A DNA stretch of 32,000 nucleotides from Nitrosococcus oceani ATCC 19707 (lineage in GTDB: Bacteria; Pseudomonadota; Gammaproteobacteria; Nitrosococcales; Nitrosococcaceae), in assembly GCF_000012805.1 (NCBI RefSeq), contig NC_007484.1:2970001-3002000 (forward strand). Reading direction: 5' to 3'. Under the pieces are notes generated by a model. The model worked only from the letters and a program-made list of their open reading frames with translations, ran no database searches and had not been told where the DNA came from. This document shows positions 1 to 9,359 of the stretch, piece after piece; the stretch's first letter is position 1, and each line of letters starts with the position of its first letter. A program made the translations under genes and the position numbers.

Positions 1-1
1 T

Positions 2-535
2 GGATATTCCAAATGGCTATTCGATCAATATGTCCGGCGTTATCTACCCACGGCCTCCAGTCAAATAGTCGGCCTACGTTACTTCAATATATATGGCCCC
101 AGGGAAGCCCACAAGGGTGCTATGGCCAGCGTTGCTTACCATGCTCATTGCCAACTCAAAGAAACAGGCCGAATCAAGCTGTTTGAAGGCTGTGATGGTT
201 ACGAACATGGCGAGCAGCGGCGTGATTTTGTCTCCGTGGCCGATGCAGCGGCGGTCAACCTTTGGTTTCTGGAACATCCCAACCAATCCGGGATTTTTAA
301 TGTGGGCACGGGCCAGGCCCAAACCTTCAATGAGGTGGCTCAAGCCGTACTCGCTTTTCATGGGCACGGTGAAATTGAGTATATCCCTTTCCCTGACCAC
401 TTGCGGGGACGTTATCAGAGTTTTACCCAGGCCGATATCCATGCTCTGCGGGAAGCAGGCTATGCCGAACCTTTCGCCCTAGTTGAAAAAGGGGTGAAAA
501 CTTACTTGGACTGGCTAGGCAAAAATCAAGATTAA
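2..535 (+). CDS. hldD: ADP-L-glycero-D-manno-heptose 6-epimerase, C-terminal part (5' end outside window)
   Basis: Frame 2 is open from the window edge. The translation [70 protein letters not shown] follows the conserved C-terminal half of HldD/RfaD as I recall it from E. coli. A Kdo transferase follows, giving an LPS-core context. Confidence 0.9.
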   Translation, partial: GYSKWLFDQYVRRYLPTASSQIVGLRYFNIYGPREAHKGAMASVAYHAHCQLKETGRIKLFEGCDGYEHGEQRRDFVSVADAAAVNLWFLEHPNQSGIFNVGTGQAQTFNEVAQAVLAFHGHGEIEYIPFPDHLRGRYQSFTQADIHALREAGYAEPFALVEKGVKTYLDWLGKNQD

Positions 536-569
536 CCTACTTCTAATCAGAAAGACCCTTCTGCGTGCC

Positions 570-1850
570 ATGCCAGCTTCAGCTTTGCGGACCCTCTACA
601 GCCTATTGTTTTATTTGTTCACCCCCCTGGTGATAATTCGCCTCCTGTGGCGAGGTTATCGCACCCCAGCCTATCTTCACCGCTGGGGAGAACGGTTCGG
701 TTTGGCTCCCTTCCTGGCTGGGAAAGCAGTTATCTGGGTACATGCGGTATCGGTGGGAGAAGTCCAAGCTAGTGTGCCCTTAGTGCGGGCCTTATTGGAC
801 CGTTATCCCGATCATACGCTGCTGCTGACGACCCTCACTCCCACGGGCTCGGCCCAGGTCCAAAGGCAACTGGGAGCACAGGTGGCGCACTGCTATTTGC
901 CCTACGATTTGCCTGATGCCATCGCCCGCTTCCTGCAACGGGTTCAGCCCCAGTTTGGCGTTATTCTGGAAACAGAACTTTGGCCCAACCTGCTGCATCA
1001 ATGCCAATGCCGCAAGATCCCGATTATTTTGGCCAACGCCCGTCTCTCGGAACGCTCGGCGTTGGGCTATTGCCGTTTAGGCATGCTTACCCGTGACATG
1101 CTTTCTAAGCTTACTTTTATTGCCGCCCAGGGAAAAGCTGATGCTAACCGCTTTATCGCCCTTGGGGCTCCCCCTGAGCGGGTCCAGGTGACTGGTAATC
1201 TCAAATTTGAACTCAAACTTCCCTCCCACCTGCCCACCCAGGGAATGATATTAAGGCGCCAATGGGGTGAGCAGCGTCCCCTATGGATTGCTGCCAGTAC
1301 CCATGAAGGGGAAGAAGAGCAGGTTTTGGCTGCCTTTAAGCAGGTACAGAAACGCTATCCGACTGCCCTGCTGGTACTCGTACCGCGCCATTCGCAGCGC
1401 TTCAACCGTGTTCATCATTTGTGCCAACGGCAAGGTTTTATCACCCAGCGTCGGAGTGAGCAGCAGGCTTGCGCGCCTGCTACCGAAATTTTCATCGGGG
1501 ACAGTATGGGCGAACTTCCCTTATTCTTTGCGGCTTCAGATGTGGCTTTTCTCGGAGGCAGCCTTGTTCCTGTAGGCGGACACAACCCTTTGGAACCCGC
1601 TGCCCTAAAACGGCCTGTTATTCTAGGTCCCCATATATTTAATTTTATGGGAATCAGTCACCAACTGCTGGAAGCGGGCGCGGCAACCCAGATACAAACA
1701 ATTCAGGATTTAACCCAAGCAGTACTGCGCTATCTGGACGATCCCCAACTGCGCACCAAAGCGGGCAAGGCGGGGCAGCAGGTGATTGCCCAAAATCAAG
1801 GCGCATCAAGCAAAATAATACAGCAGATTACTATCCTTTTAAGCGGCTAA
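570..1850 (+). CDS. waaA: 3-deoxy-D-manno-octulosonic acid (Kdo) transferase
   Basis: 426 aa. An N-terminal membrane anchor is followed by RGYRTPAYLHRWGERFG and WVHAVSVGE motifs typical of WaaA/KdtA. It is adjacent to hldD. Confidence 0.9.
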   Translation: MPASALRTLYSLLFYLFTPLVIIRLLWRGYRTPAYLHRWGERFGLAPFLAGKAVIWVHAVSVGEVQASVPLVRALLDRYPDHTLLLTTLTPTGSAQVQRQLGAQVAHCYLPYDLPDAIARFLQRVQPQFGVILETELWPNLLHQCQCRKIPIILANARLSERSALGYCRLGMLTRDMLSKLTFIAAQGKADANRFIALGAPPERVQVTGNLKFELKLPSHLPTQGMILRRQWGEQRPLWIAASTHEGEEEQVLAAFKQVQKRYPTALLVLVPRHSQRFNRVHHLCQRQGFITQRRSEQQACAPATEIFIGDSMGELPLFFAASDVAFLGGSLVPVGGHNPLEPAALKRPVILGPHIFNFMGISHQLLEAGAATQIQTIQDLTQAVLRYLDDPQLRTKAGKAGQQVIAQNQGASSKIIQQITILLSG

Positions 1851-1859
1851 TCTAGGGCG

Positions 1860-3212
1860 TTATTCCTGTAACAACTGATTGATTTCCTCCAGATCTCGCA
1901 ACGTAATAATGCCCGCCCCTTGCTTCAGGCGCAAGGTATCGAGCAGGTGTTCATAACGAGACTGGGCATGATCCCGAAGGGCACGGAACAAGTCGCGCCG
2001 TACGTTGAGCACATCTACAGTAGTGCGGGTCCCCACGTCAAAACCTGCTTCGGTTGCTTCAAGAGAGCTTTGATTGGAGACAATAGCCTGCTGCAGAGCC
2101 TTGACCTGACTAGCTTCAGACACAACGCCCAAATAAGCCTCGCGGGTCTGGCGGAAAACCTGCCGCCGAGCCTGCTCTAGCTGCTCCAGAGCTTGTTTTA
2201 GCTGGTGCTGAGCTTCCCGGGTGCGGGACACTACGGCCCCACCCTGGAGGAGGGGCAAATTAAATTGCAACCCAATGACGTCCATATCGTTTTGGAACCC
2301 CCCAAAACGTCCTCCCCCCGTCACATTGGTGGATTTAGAACCCACCACCTCCAGCGTAGGATAATGGCCGGATTTCTGCCGTTGTATTTCTTGGCGGGCA
2401 TTATCCACCGCCGCCGCCGAGGCATCAATTTGGGGGTTTTGCTGCAGCGCGGTCTCGGCCCATCGATCGATATTCATGGGATCTGGTTTCAGCAAGGGAG
2501 TATTGTCTTTCAGATCGGCCAGATCTCGAACGTATTGCCCTGTCACCTCTCGTAATTGCTCATAACTATTGGAAAGGGCGTTTTCAGCAGCGATTACCTG
2601 CGCAACCGCCAAATCATAAGCAGCCTGGGCCTCATTGACATCCACAATCGTATTCATCCCCACTTCGAAGCGCTGCTTGGTCTGCTCCAACTGCTTGGCA
2701 ATGGCCTCTTTTTCCGCTTGGGCAAAGGAAAGTCCTGTTTGAGCCGTAAGCACGCCAAAATAACGCTCAGACGCCCGAACCAATAACCCTTGCTCCTCAG
2801 CTACCAAATTTGCCCGGGCCTGGGCAATAGTAGCGTCCGCCTGCTTGAGGAGAACAAAATTTTCCCGCTGGTATATCGGTTGGGCTAAGTTCAGACTATA
2901 ACCATAATTAATAAATGACCCCTTAAAACCAGGAATGGTAAAGCCAGTATCTGGATCTACCCGTTGCTGGAGCAAGGTGAGATTCTGAGTAGTCCAGTTA
3001 AAATTGGAGGAAATATCGACCGTTGGAAAAAATAACGCCCTGGCTTGAGGCTTGGCTTCTAATGCGGCCTGCACTGCTGCCACCTGAGCCCACAGTTGGG
3101 GATCGTTCCCCCGCGCCAAGCGATAAACTTCCAGCAGGTCAGAAGCTTGGACAGGCCAAGAGGCAACGAAACCAAAGATAATTAGAAAAAAGCCGTTTTT
3201 TACGAAAGCCAC
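1860..3212 (-). CDS. tolC: TolC-family outer membrane channel protein
   Basis: 450 aa with a signal peptide (MAFVKNGFFLIIFGFVASWPVQA/SD). It has two repeated OEP-type halves with long Ala/Gln-rich helical segments, the typical TolC architecture. Confidence 0.9.
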   Translation of the reverse strand: MAFVKNGFFLIIFGFVASWPVQASDLLEVYRLARGNDPQLWAQVAAVQAALEAKPQARALFFPTVDISSNFNWTTQNLTLLQQRVDPDTGFTIPGFKGSFINYGYSLNLAQPIYQRENFVLLKQADATIAQARANLVAEEQGLLVRASERYFGVLTAQTGLSFAQAEKEAIAKQLEQTKQRFEVGMNTIVDVNEAQAAYDLAVAQVIAAENALSNSYEQLREVTGQYVRDLADLKDNTPLLKPDPMNIDRWAETALQQNPQIDASAAAVDNARQEIQRQKSGHYPTLEVVGSKSTNVTGGGRFGGFQNDMDVIGLQFNLPLLQGGAVVSRTREAQHQLKQALEQLEQARRQVFRQTREAYLGVVSEASQVKALQQAIVSNQSSLEATEAGFDVGTRTTVDVLNVRRDLFRALRDHAQSRYEHLLDTLRLKQGAGIITLRDLEEINQLLQE

Positions 3213-3276
3213 GGCTTACTCTTTAACTATACGATACATAAAATACTTAATTCCCTGAATCCGAGACTTCCAGTGG

Positions 3277-3921
3277 CTAAAATACAAATTTTGGCTTGGA
3301 TTCGCTATTAAGCAATAGTGGTATGACCGTCTCAAACAACCCCTCCCGGGACCACTCTTGCTCACCTACGCGGGTAATGAGTACTGCTTCCATCGCCGGC
3401 GCCCGGCCTAGAATTGCAAACAAACGTCCACCCGGTTTGAGTGTTTCCAGAAAAGCACGAGGCAAATCAGGAAGAGCGCCCGTGATCGCAATGGCATCGA
3501 AAGGCCCCCCCTTAGACCAGCCACGGGCCGCATCCCCTACCTCCAGAGAAATATTTGCCAGCAGCTGTTCAGGAAAGCGCCGTAATTCAGGAAAAATATC
3601 GACACTAATTACATGGCCAGCCAAACCGGCCATAACTGTTGTTAGATAACCAGTCCCGGTTCCTATCTCCAAAACGGATTCTGACTCCTTCAGATCCAAA
3701 GCTTGGAGTAAACGGCCCTCGATGATGGGTGGTAACATCACTTGTCCTTGCCCAAGGGGTATTTGAACATCCGCGTAAGCCAACTTCCTAAATGCTGGCG
3801 GAACAAAATCTTCCCGAAGTACGGCGGCAAGCCGATCCAATACCCGCTGATCGAGTACTTCCCATGGGCGGATCTGCTGTTCCACCATATTAACGCGAGC
3901 TTGCTCCAGGTTCATCGGCAC
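3277..3921 (-). CDS. Pcm-like SAM-dependent methyltransferase (protein-L-isoaspartate O-methyltransferase family paralog)
   Basis: 214 aa. It has SAM motif I (VLEIGTGTGYLT) and overall Pcm-like length and layout. The segment after GQGQ reads VMLPP instead of the canonical TISQP/TISAPH substrate motif. It lies 64 nt upstream of tolC on the same strand. Confidence 0.75.
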   Translation of the reverse strand: MPMNLEQARVNMVEQQIRPWEVLDQRVLDRLAAVLREDFVPPAFRKLAYADVQIPLGQGQVMLPPIIEGRLLQALDLKESESVLEIGTGTGYLTTVMAGLAGHVISVDIFPELRRFPEQLLANISLEVGDAARGWSKGGPFDAIAITGALPDLPRAFLETLKPGGRLFAILGRAPAMEAVLITRVGEQEWSREGLFETVIPLLLNSESKPKFVF

Positions 3922-4003
3922 TTCACCTTAATCACTGTAGGACGCTTAAGGGTAAGGACTTTTTTCAGACGGCGCAACAAAGGACTCTCAAATTTAAAAT
4001 GAT

Positions 4004-4246
4004 TTATTTAGGAGTCATGCCTTTACGGATCACGAAATGGTATTTGCTTTCTTCCTCGCGAGCTTCCAAAAGCTCGTTCTCGGTAATGCGGGTGAAAGCT
4101 TCCACATCCTTTAAAGAATCTGGATCCGTGGCCACTACATACAAGGTCTGCCCTCCTTCCAGTGTCTGCAGTGCTTTACGAATCCGCAACACAGGTAAAG
4201 GGCAGGGTAAACCAATAGCATTGAGCTCAGCATCATAATCAGGCAT
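4004..4246 (-). CDS. tusA: TusA/SirA-family sulfur carrier protein
   Basis: 80 aa. It carries the GLPCPLPVLRIRKAL motif (CPxP active-site cysteine) and a C-terminal YHFVIRKG like E. coli TusA. Confidence 0.8.
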   Translation of the reverse strand: MPDYDAELNAIGLPCPLPVLRIRKALQTLEGGQTLYVVATDPDSLKDVEAFTRITENELLEAREEESKYHFVIRKGMTPK

Positions 4247-4518
4247 GGTAGCTTAACTCTAATATGAGGAATAACAGCATAAGGTGCTCTCATACAATCG
4301 GAAAAAAACTAAATTATAAGCCAACAGCTTTTAGAGGTAAGTGCCACAGCCAGCAGCACCCACCTGTTACCTTACCCCATTATCGTAAGCAGGCGGCTAA
4401 TTTTCAATGGCTATACCAGCAAGCCGTTTGAGACTAGTTGAGGAAATAGATTTCTTCACTGAACTGGGCTAACCAGACTGAGTCCTAATAGGTTAGCTTT
4501 ACATTAAAACTATCAGGG

Positions 4519-5973
4519 ATGGAGAAATTGCGAGTGCAGTTGCTTAGCACGGTGTTATGGAGCGTCATTTTACTAACAGTTCCAATCCTAAGCGCCGATG
4601 AAATTGAGTTACCGGAAATCGGAGATCATTCTGGAGTCGCCATATCGCCGGAACAGGAACGCAGCATCGGGCAAGCCTTTATGCGCCGTCTGCGTAATTC
4701 AGTCACCATTATCGAAGATCCGGAGATAACGACTTATATCCAATCACTAGGGTTTCGATTGGTCGCTAATAGCGATAATCCAGGACAAGGATTCACTTTT
4801 TTCGTCGTTCAAGATCCGACCATTAATGCCTTTGCCGCCCCGGGGGGATATATTGGAATCCATTCTGGTCTCGTTGAAAATTCCCAAACCGAGAGCGAGC
4901 TAGCAGCCGTACTAGCCCATGAAATTGCCCATGTCACCCAACGTCACTTGGCGCGGGCCTTTGAACAACGCAGCCGCTTAAGTCTACCCATGACGGCCGC
5001 GTTAGTAGCCGCCCTTATCCTGGGGATCGAAAATCCTAATGCCGGCCTCGCCGGACTAGCCGCTGTCCAGGCAGGTGCCGCCCAGCTTCAAATCAACTTC
5101 ACCCGGTCCAACGAAAAGGAGGCAGATCGAGTCGGCATGCAAACCCTGGTCCGGTCTGGCTTCGACCCTTTCGCTATGCCTGCCTTCTTCGAGCGTCTTC
5201 AGCAGGCAAGCCGTTACTATGGGACCCGGCCACCGGAATTCCTTAGTACCCACCCGGTGACCACCAACCGTATTGCCGATGCGATGGGCCGAGCCCAAGC
5301 TCTAAGTCCTCAACCCGTCAAAGAACACCTCCACTTTCATTTGGCGCGCGCTAAGCTCCAGGTTCTGTCCAGTGACAATTACGAGCAAACAGTGCGCCAG
5401 TTTAGCCAGGCCTTAGAAACTGGCCGCTATGTAAACGAAGCGGCCACCCGCTATGGTTACGCCCTTGCCCTAGTAGAAAATGGAGATCCTCGCAAGGCTC
5501 GGCAACAAATTTTAAAATTACTTGAAAAAAATGGTGATAATCGGACCTACCGACTCGCTCTCGCCCGGGTGGAGGAGGCCGCCGGTCGTTTTGAAACCGC
5601 TTTCGAAATCTATGAGAACGCCCAGAAATTATACCCAGACGACTACGCCGTCGTTGTCAACTACGCCAGCGCTTTATTACAGGGCCACCGCCCCCAAACC
5701 GCGCGGGATTTACTCAGACGCCAGGTGCAACTAGGTACCGCCACAGGACGCCTTTACCACTTACTTGCCCAAGCTGAAGGAGATGCTGGCAATCGGGCAG
5801 AGTCTCACCGCTGGCTAGCGGAATACTACTATTACAACGGGCAACCCGAAAGGGCAATCAAACAATTACAATTGGCTAGCAAAGCAGCGAATGATAATTT
5901 CTATCAACGCTCCAAGATCGAAGCCCGCTTGCGGCAGCTACAAAGGGAAGTCGATGCCGGGGAAAATACTTGA
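4519..5973 (+). CDS. bepA: Periplasmic M48-family zinc metalloprotease with C-terminal TPR domain (BepA/YfgC-like)
   Basis: 484 aa with a signal peptide, an HEIAHV (HExxH) zinc motif, a downstream EKEADRVG, and a TPR-like C-terminal half. Length and layout match E. coli BepA. Confidence 0.85.
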   Translation: MEKLRVQLLSTVLWSVILLTVPILSADEIELPEIGDHSGVAISPEQERSIGQAFMRRLRNSVTIIEDPEITTYIQSLGFRLVANSDNPGQGFTFFVVQDPTINAFAAPGGYIGIHSGLVENSQTESELAAVLAHEIAHVTQRHLARAFEQRSRLSLPMTAALVAALILGIENPNAGLAGLAAVQAGAAQLQINFTRSNEKEADRVGMQTLVRSGFDPFAMPAFFERLQQASRYYGTRPPEFLSTHPVTTNRIADAMGRAQALSPQPVKEHLHFHLARAKLQVLSSDNYEQTVRQFSQALETGRYVNEAATRYGYALALVENGDPRKARQQILKLLEKNGDNRTYRLALARVEEAAGRFETAFEIYENAQKLYPDDYAVVVNYASALLQGHRPQTARDLLRRQVQLGTATGRLYHLLAQAEGDAGNRAESHRWLAEYYYYNGQPERAIKQLQLASKAANDNFYQRSKIEARLRQLQREVDAGENT

Positions 5974-6124
5974 CTCGCTTCCAGCCGAAACTTACCACCG
6001 CCATCCGGGCTGCTTGTTCGTTCCCCTCGTAGCAACGATAAAAATCCATGGAGCAAGCACTAGTGAACTTCCTTGAAAATATAACTATGATATTAGTTTG
6101 ATGCCTAACAAAGGAGATGAAGTT

Positions 6125-6196
6125 ATGTGGATAAAACCCGCTTATTGTGAACTACGCTTCGGCTTCGAAGTTACCATGTATATCTATCAACGGTAA
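6125..6196 (+). CDS. pqqA: Pyrroloquinoline quinone precursor peptide PqqA (23 aa; absent from ORF track)
   Basis: ATG at 6125 is preceded by AAAGGAG (about 6111-6117). The translation MWIKPAYCELRFGFEVTMYIYQR has the PqqA signature, including the cross-linked Glu15-x-x-x-Tyr19 (EVTMY). It sits immediately upstream of pqqB. Confidence 0.92.
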   Translation: MWIKPAYCELRFGFEVTMYIYQR

Positions 6197-6208
6197 CTAA
6201 ATAGAGGT

Positions 6209-6246
6209 AAAGTCTCGCCTGGCATATGGCTTGCGGGCGAGACTTT
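6209..6246 (+). promoter_or_regulatory. Perfect 11-bp stem / 16-nt loop hairpin between pqqA and pqqB (candidate attenuator or transcript-stabilising element)
   Basis: AAAGTCTCGCC (6209-6219) is the exact reverse complement of GGCGAGACTTT (6236-6246). It is followed by TCATTT. It starts 13 nt after the pqqA stop codon. Confidence 0.6.
6220..6234 (+). promoter_or_regulatory. Sigma-54-like -24/-12 element (TGGCAT-N5-TTGC) in the hairpin loop upstream of pqqB
   Basis: TGGCATATGGCTTGC matches the TGGCAC-N5-TTGC consensus at all fixed positions but one, and lies 36 nt upstream of the pqqB ATG. No enhancer-binding protein gene is present in the window, so this is speculative. Confidence 0.3.
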
Positions 6247-6269
6247 TCATTTCCCCAGCAAACAAAGCA

Positions 6270-7199
6270 ATGTTAATCCACGTTCTAGGATCGGGTGCGG
6301 GGGGAGGTTTCCCCCAGTGGAACTGCAATTGCCACAACTGCAATCGCCTGCGCAAAGGCAATTTTAAGGGACAAGCACGGACCCAATCCTCGATTGCAGC
6401 TAGCACCAATGGCACCGACTGGGTGCTTTTTAATGCTTCTCCGGATATTTTAGGACAACTCCAACATTTTCCTGCTATTCAGCCGGGTCGGGCACTACGG
6501 GATACTGGCATTCGCGGCATTGTGCTGTTGGATAGTCAGATCGATCATACCACTGGGCTGCTGATGCTGCGGGAACATCACCGGCCTTTAGATGTATACT
6601 GCACCGAGTCCGTCCACCAGGATCTCACTACGGGTAACCCTCTGTTCAAAGTACTGGAGCACTATTGCACAGTAAACTGGCATCCACTTCAACTGCCACA
6701 GGGGGATGCTCCAGGCGAGGGCTTTCAAGTGGAGGGCATTGAAGGGCTACGCTTAACGCCGGTGCCCCTACGTAGCGAAGCGCCCCCTTATTCCCCCCAT
6801 CGTCACAATTATCATGTAGGGGATACTATTGGCCTGTGGCTTGAAGATCCGGCTACCCAGAAAAGCTTATTTTATGCGCCAGGTCTAGGGCAAATTGAAG
6901 ACCATGTCCTCTCTCTGATGGAAAAAGCCGATTGTCTGCTGATAGATGGCACTTTCTGGACTGAAGATGAGATGGAACGGGCCGGCATTACCCAGAAGCG
7001 CGCTACCGAGATGGGTCATCTGCCCCAATCGGGTCAAGGTGGCATGATCAGCGTACTGGCTCCCCTTACCAGTCCTTGGAAGATACTCATTCATATTAAT
7101 AACACCAACCCGATTCTCGATGAAGAATCGCTTGAGCGGGCCCAGTTGGAAGCCGCCGGGATTGAAGTGGCCTTTGATGGCATGGACATTATCCTCTAG
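6270..7199 (+). CDS. pqqB: PQQ biosynthesis protein PqqB (metallo-beta-lactamase fold)
   Basis: From ATG 6270 the protein begins [24 protein letters not shown], the canonical PqqB N-terminus (309 aa). The ORF-track start at 6231 is a TTG inside the hairpin loop and is probably an over-extension. Confidence 0.92.
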   Translation: MLIHVLGSGAGGGFPQWNCNCHNCNRLRKGNFKGQARTQSSIAASTNGTDWVLFNASPDILGQLQHFPAIQPGRALRDTGIRGIVLLDSQIDHTTGLLMLREHHRPLDVYCTESVHQDLTTGNPLFKVLEHYCTVNWHPLQLPQGDAPGEGFQVEGIEGLRLTPVPLRSEAPPYSPHRHNYHVGDTIGLWLEDPATQKSLFYAPGLGQIEDHVLSLMEKADCLLIDGTFWTEDEMERAGITQKRATEMGHLPQSGQGGMISVLAPLTSPWKILIHINNTNPILDEESLERAQLEAAGIEVAFDGMDIIL

Positions 7200-7215
7200 C
7201 TAAAAGGAGAGAAGC

Positions 7216-7938
7216 GTGGCGGGAAAAAAACCCTGGAGCCGTGAAGAATTCGAGCAGAAGCTGCAGGAAAAAGAATGCTTCTACCACATTCACCACCCCT
7301 TCCAGGTATTAATGAACAACGGCAAGCTGAACCAGTACCAGGTCCAAGGATGGGTAGCCAACCGCTTTTATTACCATACCTGTATCCCTCTCAAGGATGC
7401 CGCTATCCTAGCCAACTGCTCCCAGCGATCAGTGCGGCGCCAATGGGTACAGCGAATCCTGGATCATGACGGTTACGGCGAAGACGTAGGTGGCATCGAA
7501 GCCTGGCTTCAGCTAGGCGAAGCCGTGGGCTTAAGCCGGGAAACGCTGGAATCCCAGCAACAGGTTCTGCCCGGAGTACGCTTTGCCGTTGACGCTTATG
7601 TCAACTTTGCCCGCCATGCTACCTGGCAGGAAGCTGTCTGCTCTTCTCTTACGGAGCTCTTTGCCCCTTCGCTCCATCAACAACGATTAGACAACTGGCC
7701 TCGCTATTACCCTTGGATTAAAGCGGAAGGCTACCATTATTTTCGCAAGCGCCTCAACGAAGCCCGACGGGATGTTCGACACGGCCTAGAAGCGACCCTG
7801 GATTACTTTCAAAGCCGCACCCAGCAGGAGCAGGCGCTAGCTATCTTACAGTTTAAACTGGATGTACTATGGACCCTACTGGATGCCCTCTGGATGGCGT
7901 ACATTGAAAATCGTCCCCCCTATCACACAGAGCTTTAA
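7216..7938 (+). CDS. pqqC: Pyrroloquinoline-quinone synthase PqqC
   Basis: 240 aa. A GTG start is preceded by [36 protein letters not shown] is the canonical PqqC N-terminal region. Confidence 0.95.
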   Translation: MAGKKPWSREEFEQKLQEKECFYHIHHPFQVLMNNGKLNQYQVQGWVANRFYYHTCIPLKDAAILANCSQRSVRRQWVQRILDHDGYGEDVGGIEAWLQLGEAVGLSRETLESQQQVLPGVRFAVDAYVNFARHATWQEAVCSSLTELFAPSLHQQRLDNWPRYYPWIKAEGYHYFRKRLNEARRDVRHGLEATLDYFQSRTQQEQALAILQFKLDVLWTLLDALWMAYIENRPPYHTEL

Positions 7939-7947
7939 TCTAGATCC

Positions 7948-8217
7948 ATGCATGACAACGACATTCCTGCCATTGCACCTCTTTATCGTTTCCAATGGGA
8001 AGAGGCACAAAATTGTTACGTCCTCCTCTATCCAGAAGGCATGATTAAACTGAACCTCAGCGCTGGGGAAATACTCGAGCATTGCAACGGTAAGCTGAAC
8101 ATCAATGCTATTATTGCGTTGCTACAACAAAAATACCCCCAAGCAAACCTAGCAAATGACGTACGCGAATTTTTAGAGACTGCTCATAACAATGGCTGGC
8201 TCTCCACCGAAAATTAA
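7948..8217 (+). CDS. pqqD: PQQ biosynthesis peptide chaperone PqqD
   Basis: 89 aa with the typical PqqD motif ([31 protein letters not shown]). It lies between pqqC and pqqE and overlaps pqqE by 26 nt. Confidence 0.9.
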   Translation: MHDNDIPAIAPLYRFQWEEAQNCYVLLYPEGMIKLNLSAGEILEHCNGKLNINAIIALLQQKYPQANLANDVREFLETAHNNGWLSTEN

Positions 8218-9349
8218 TCATTTTACTGGCAACGCAAGAACCCAGCCTCTATGGCTGCTAGCGGAGCTTACCTATGCCTGCCCCCTGCAATGTCCGTACT
8301 GTTCTAACCCCTTAGACTTTGCTAACTACAAACATGAACTCTCTACGAAGGACTGGTTGCGGGTATTCCATGAGGCCCGGGCTATGGGGGCCGCTCAGCT
8401 AGGATTCTCTGGCGGTGAACCTCTGGCTCGGCGTGATCTGGAAGTGCTCATCACCGAAGCCCGTAAACTTGGCTATTACACTAATCTCATTACTTCCGGC
8501 ATCGGCATGGATGAAGACCGAATTGCGGCTTTTAAAACCGCTCGTCTCGATCACATCCAAATTAGTTTCCAGGCTGCTTCCGAAGATCTCAATAATCGGC
8601 TTGCCGGCGCGGATGTTTTTCAGTATAAACTGGCCATGGCCCGGGCCGTGAAAAAACACGGCTATCCCATGGTGCTATGCTTTGTTCTCCATCGCTATAA
8701 TATTGACCAGATAGGCAAAATTCTGGATCTTGCCATCGAACTCAAAGCCGACTATGTGGAATTGGCCACTACCCAGTATTATGGCTGGGCCTGGCATAAC
8801 CGAAACCACTTACTCCCCACCAGGGAACAGCTAGAACGGGCTGAGGCCCTAGCCCGCCAGTACCAAGTCCGCACACAGGGAAAAATGAAGATTTATTATG
8901 TGGTGCCGGATTATTACGAGAACCGCCCCAAGGCCTGCATGAATGGTTGGGGAAATATTTTTCTCACCATCGCGCCGGATGGAACCGCCCTCCCCTGCCA
9001 TGCTGCCCGCCAGCTACCCGGACTTACCTTACCCAATGTAAAAAGCCATAGTATTGAGTGGATCTGGTATGAATCACCGGACTTTAATTTATTCCGGGGC
9101 CAAGGATGGATGAAGGAACCTTGCCGAAGTTGCCCCGAACGTTTCAAGGACTTTGGGGGATGCCGCTGTCAGGCCTATTTATTGACGGGCGATGCTCGTA
9201 ATACCGATCCCGTCTGTGATCTATCCCCCCACCATCAGACTGTGGTAGACGCTATTACCGCAGCTCACCAGCAAACACCTTTACCGGCAAACAAGAGCAA
9301 ACCACCGATATTCCGTCATCTACGAAATTCTAAAAAATTCTGTGGCTAA
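8192..9349 (+). CDS. pqqE: PqqA peptide cyclase PqqE (radical SAM / SPASM)
   Basis: 385 aa. [22 protein letters not shown] contains the CX3CX2C radical SAM cluster motif, and there is a Cys-rich C-terminal SPASM region ([17 protein letters not shown]). Confidence 0.95.
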   Translation: MAGSPPKINHFTGNARTQPLWLLAELTYACPLQCPYCSNPLDFANYKHELSTKDWLRVFHEARAMGAAQLGFSGGEPLARRDLEVLITEARKLGYYTNLITSGIGMDEDRIAAFKTARLDHIQISFQAASEDLNNRLAGADVFQYKLAMARAVKKHGYPMVLCFVLHRYNIDQIGKILDLAIELKADYVELATTQYYGWAWHNRNHLLPTREQLERAEALARQYQVRTQGKMKIYYVVPDYYENRPKACMNGWGNIFLTIAPDGTALPCHAARQLPGLTLPNVKSHSIEWIWYESPDFNLFRGQGWMKEPCRSCPERFKDFGGCRCQAYLLTGDARNTDPVCDLSPHHQTVVDAITAAHQQTPLPANKSKPPIFRHLRNSKKFCG

Positions 9350-9359
9350 TACCTCCCTC

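Noticed and set aside
93-482. A 129-aa plus-strand ORF and a 122-aa minus-strand ORF (74-442) overlap hldD. Similar long shadow ORFs occur at 1267-1575, 2205-2555, 3296-3649, 9783-10118, 10641-10955, 15204-15605, 18769-19206, 25737-26039 and 28714-29097.
   Set aside because: All lie entirely inside well-supported conserved genes in other frames or on the other strand. They have no SD and show Arg/Ser/Pro/Gly-rich compositions typical of off-frame translation. They are treated as non-coding shadows.
4247-4518. A 272-nt divergent spacer between tusA and bepA, including an ATG-initiated ORF of about 57 codons starting near 4264.
   Set aside because: There is no SD, the composition is implausible (His/Gln/Lys-rich with no hydrophobic core) and I could find no notable repeats or dyads. 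It most simply holds two divergent promoters.
4519-5973. The M48 metalloprotease directly upstream of pqqA might be the missing PqqA-processing protease (a PqqF substitute).
   Set aside because: It has a clear signal peptide and the BepA/YfgC layout (periplasmic M48 + TPR), whereas PqqA maturation is cytoplasmic. It is separated from pqqA by about 150 nt, and the family is a ubiquitous envelope-quality-control protease. The adjacency is most likely coincidental.
6231-6269. The ORF-track N-terminal extension of pqqB. The same issue affects epmA (10603-10710), lipB (15351-15461), gatC (19615-19716), the sugar dehydrogenase (21554-21589), the ABC ATPase (27408-27563) and mltB (19228-19245).
   Set aside because: The extensions use non-ATG codons or lack an SD. 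They overlap upstream genes or a hairpin, and they add non-conserved residues ahead of N-termini that align well with known family members from an internal Met or GTG.
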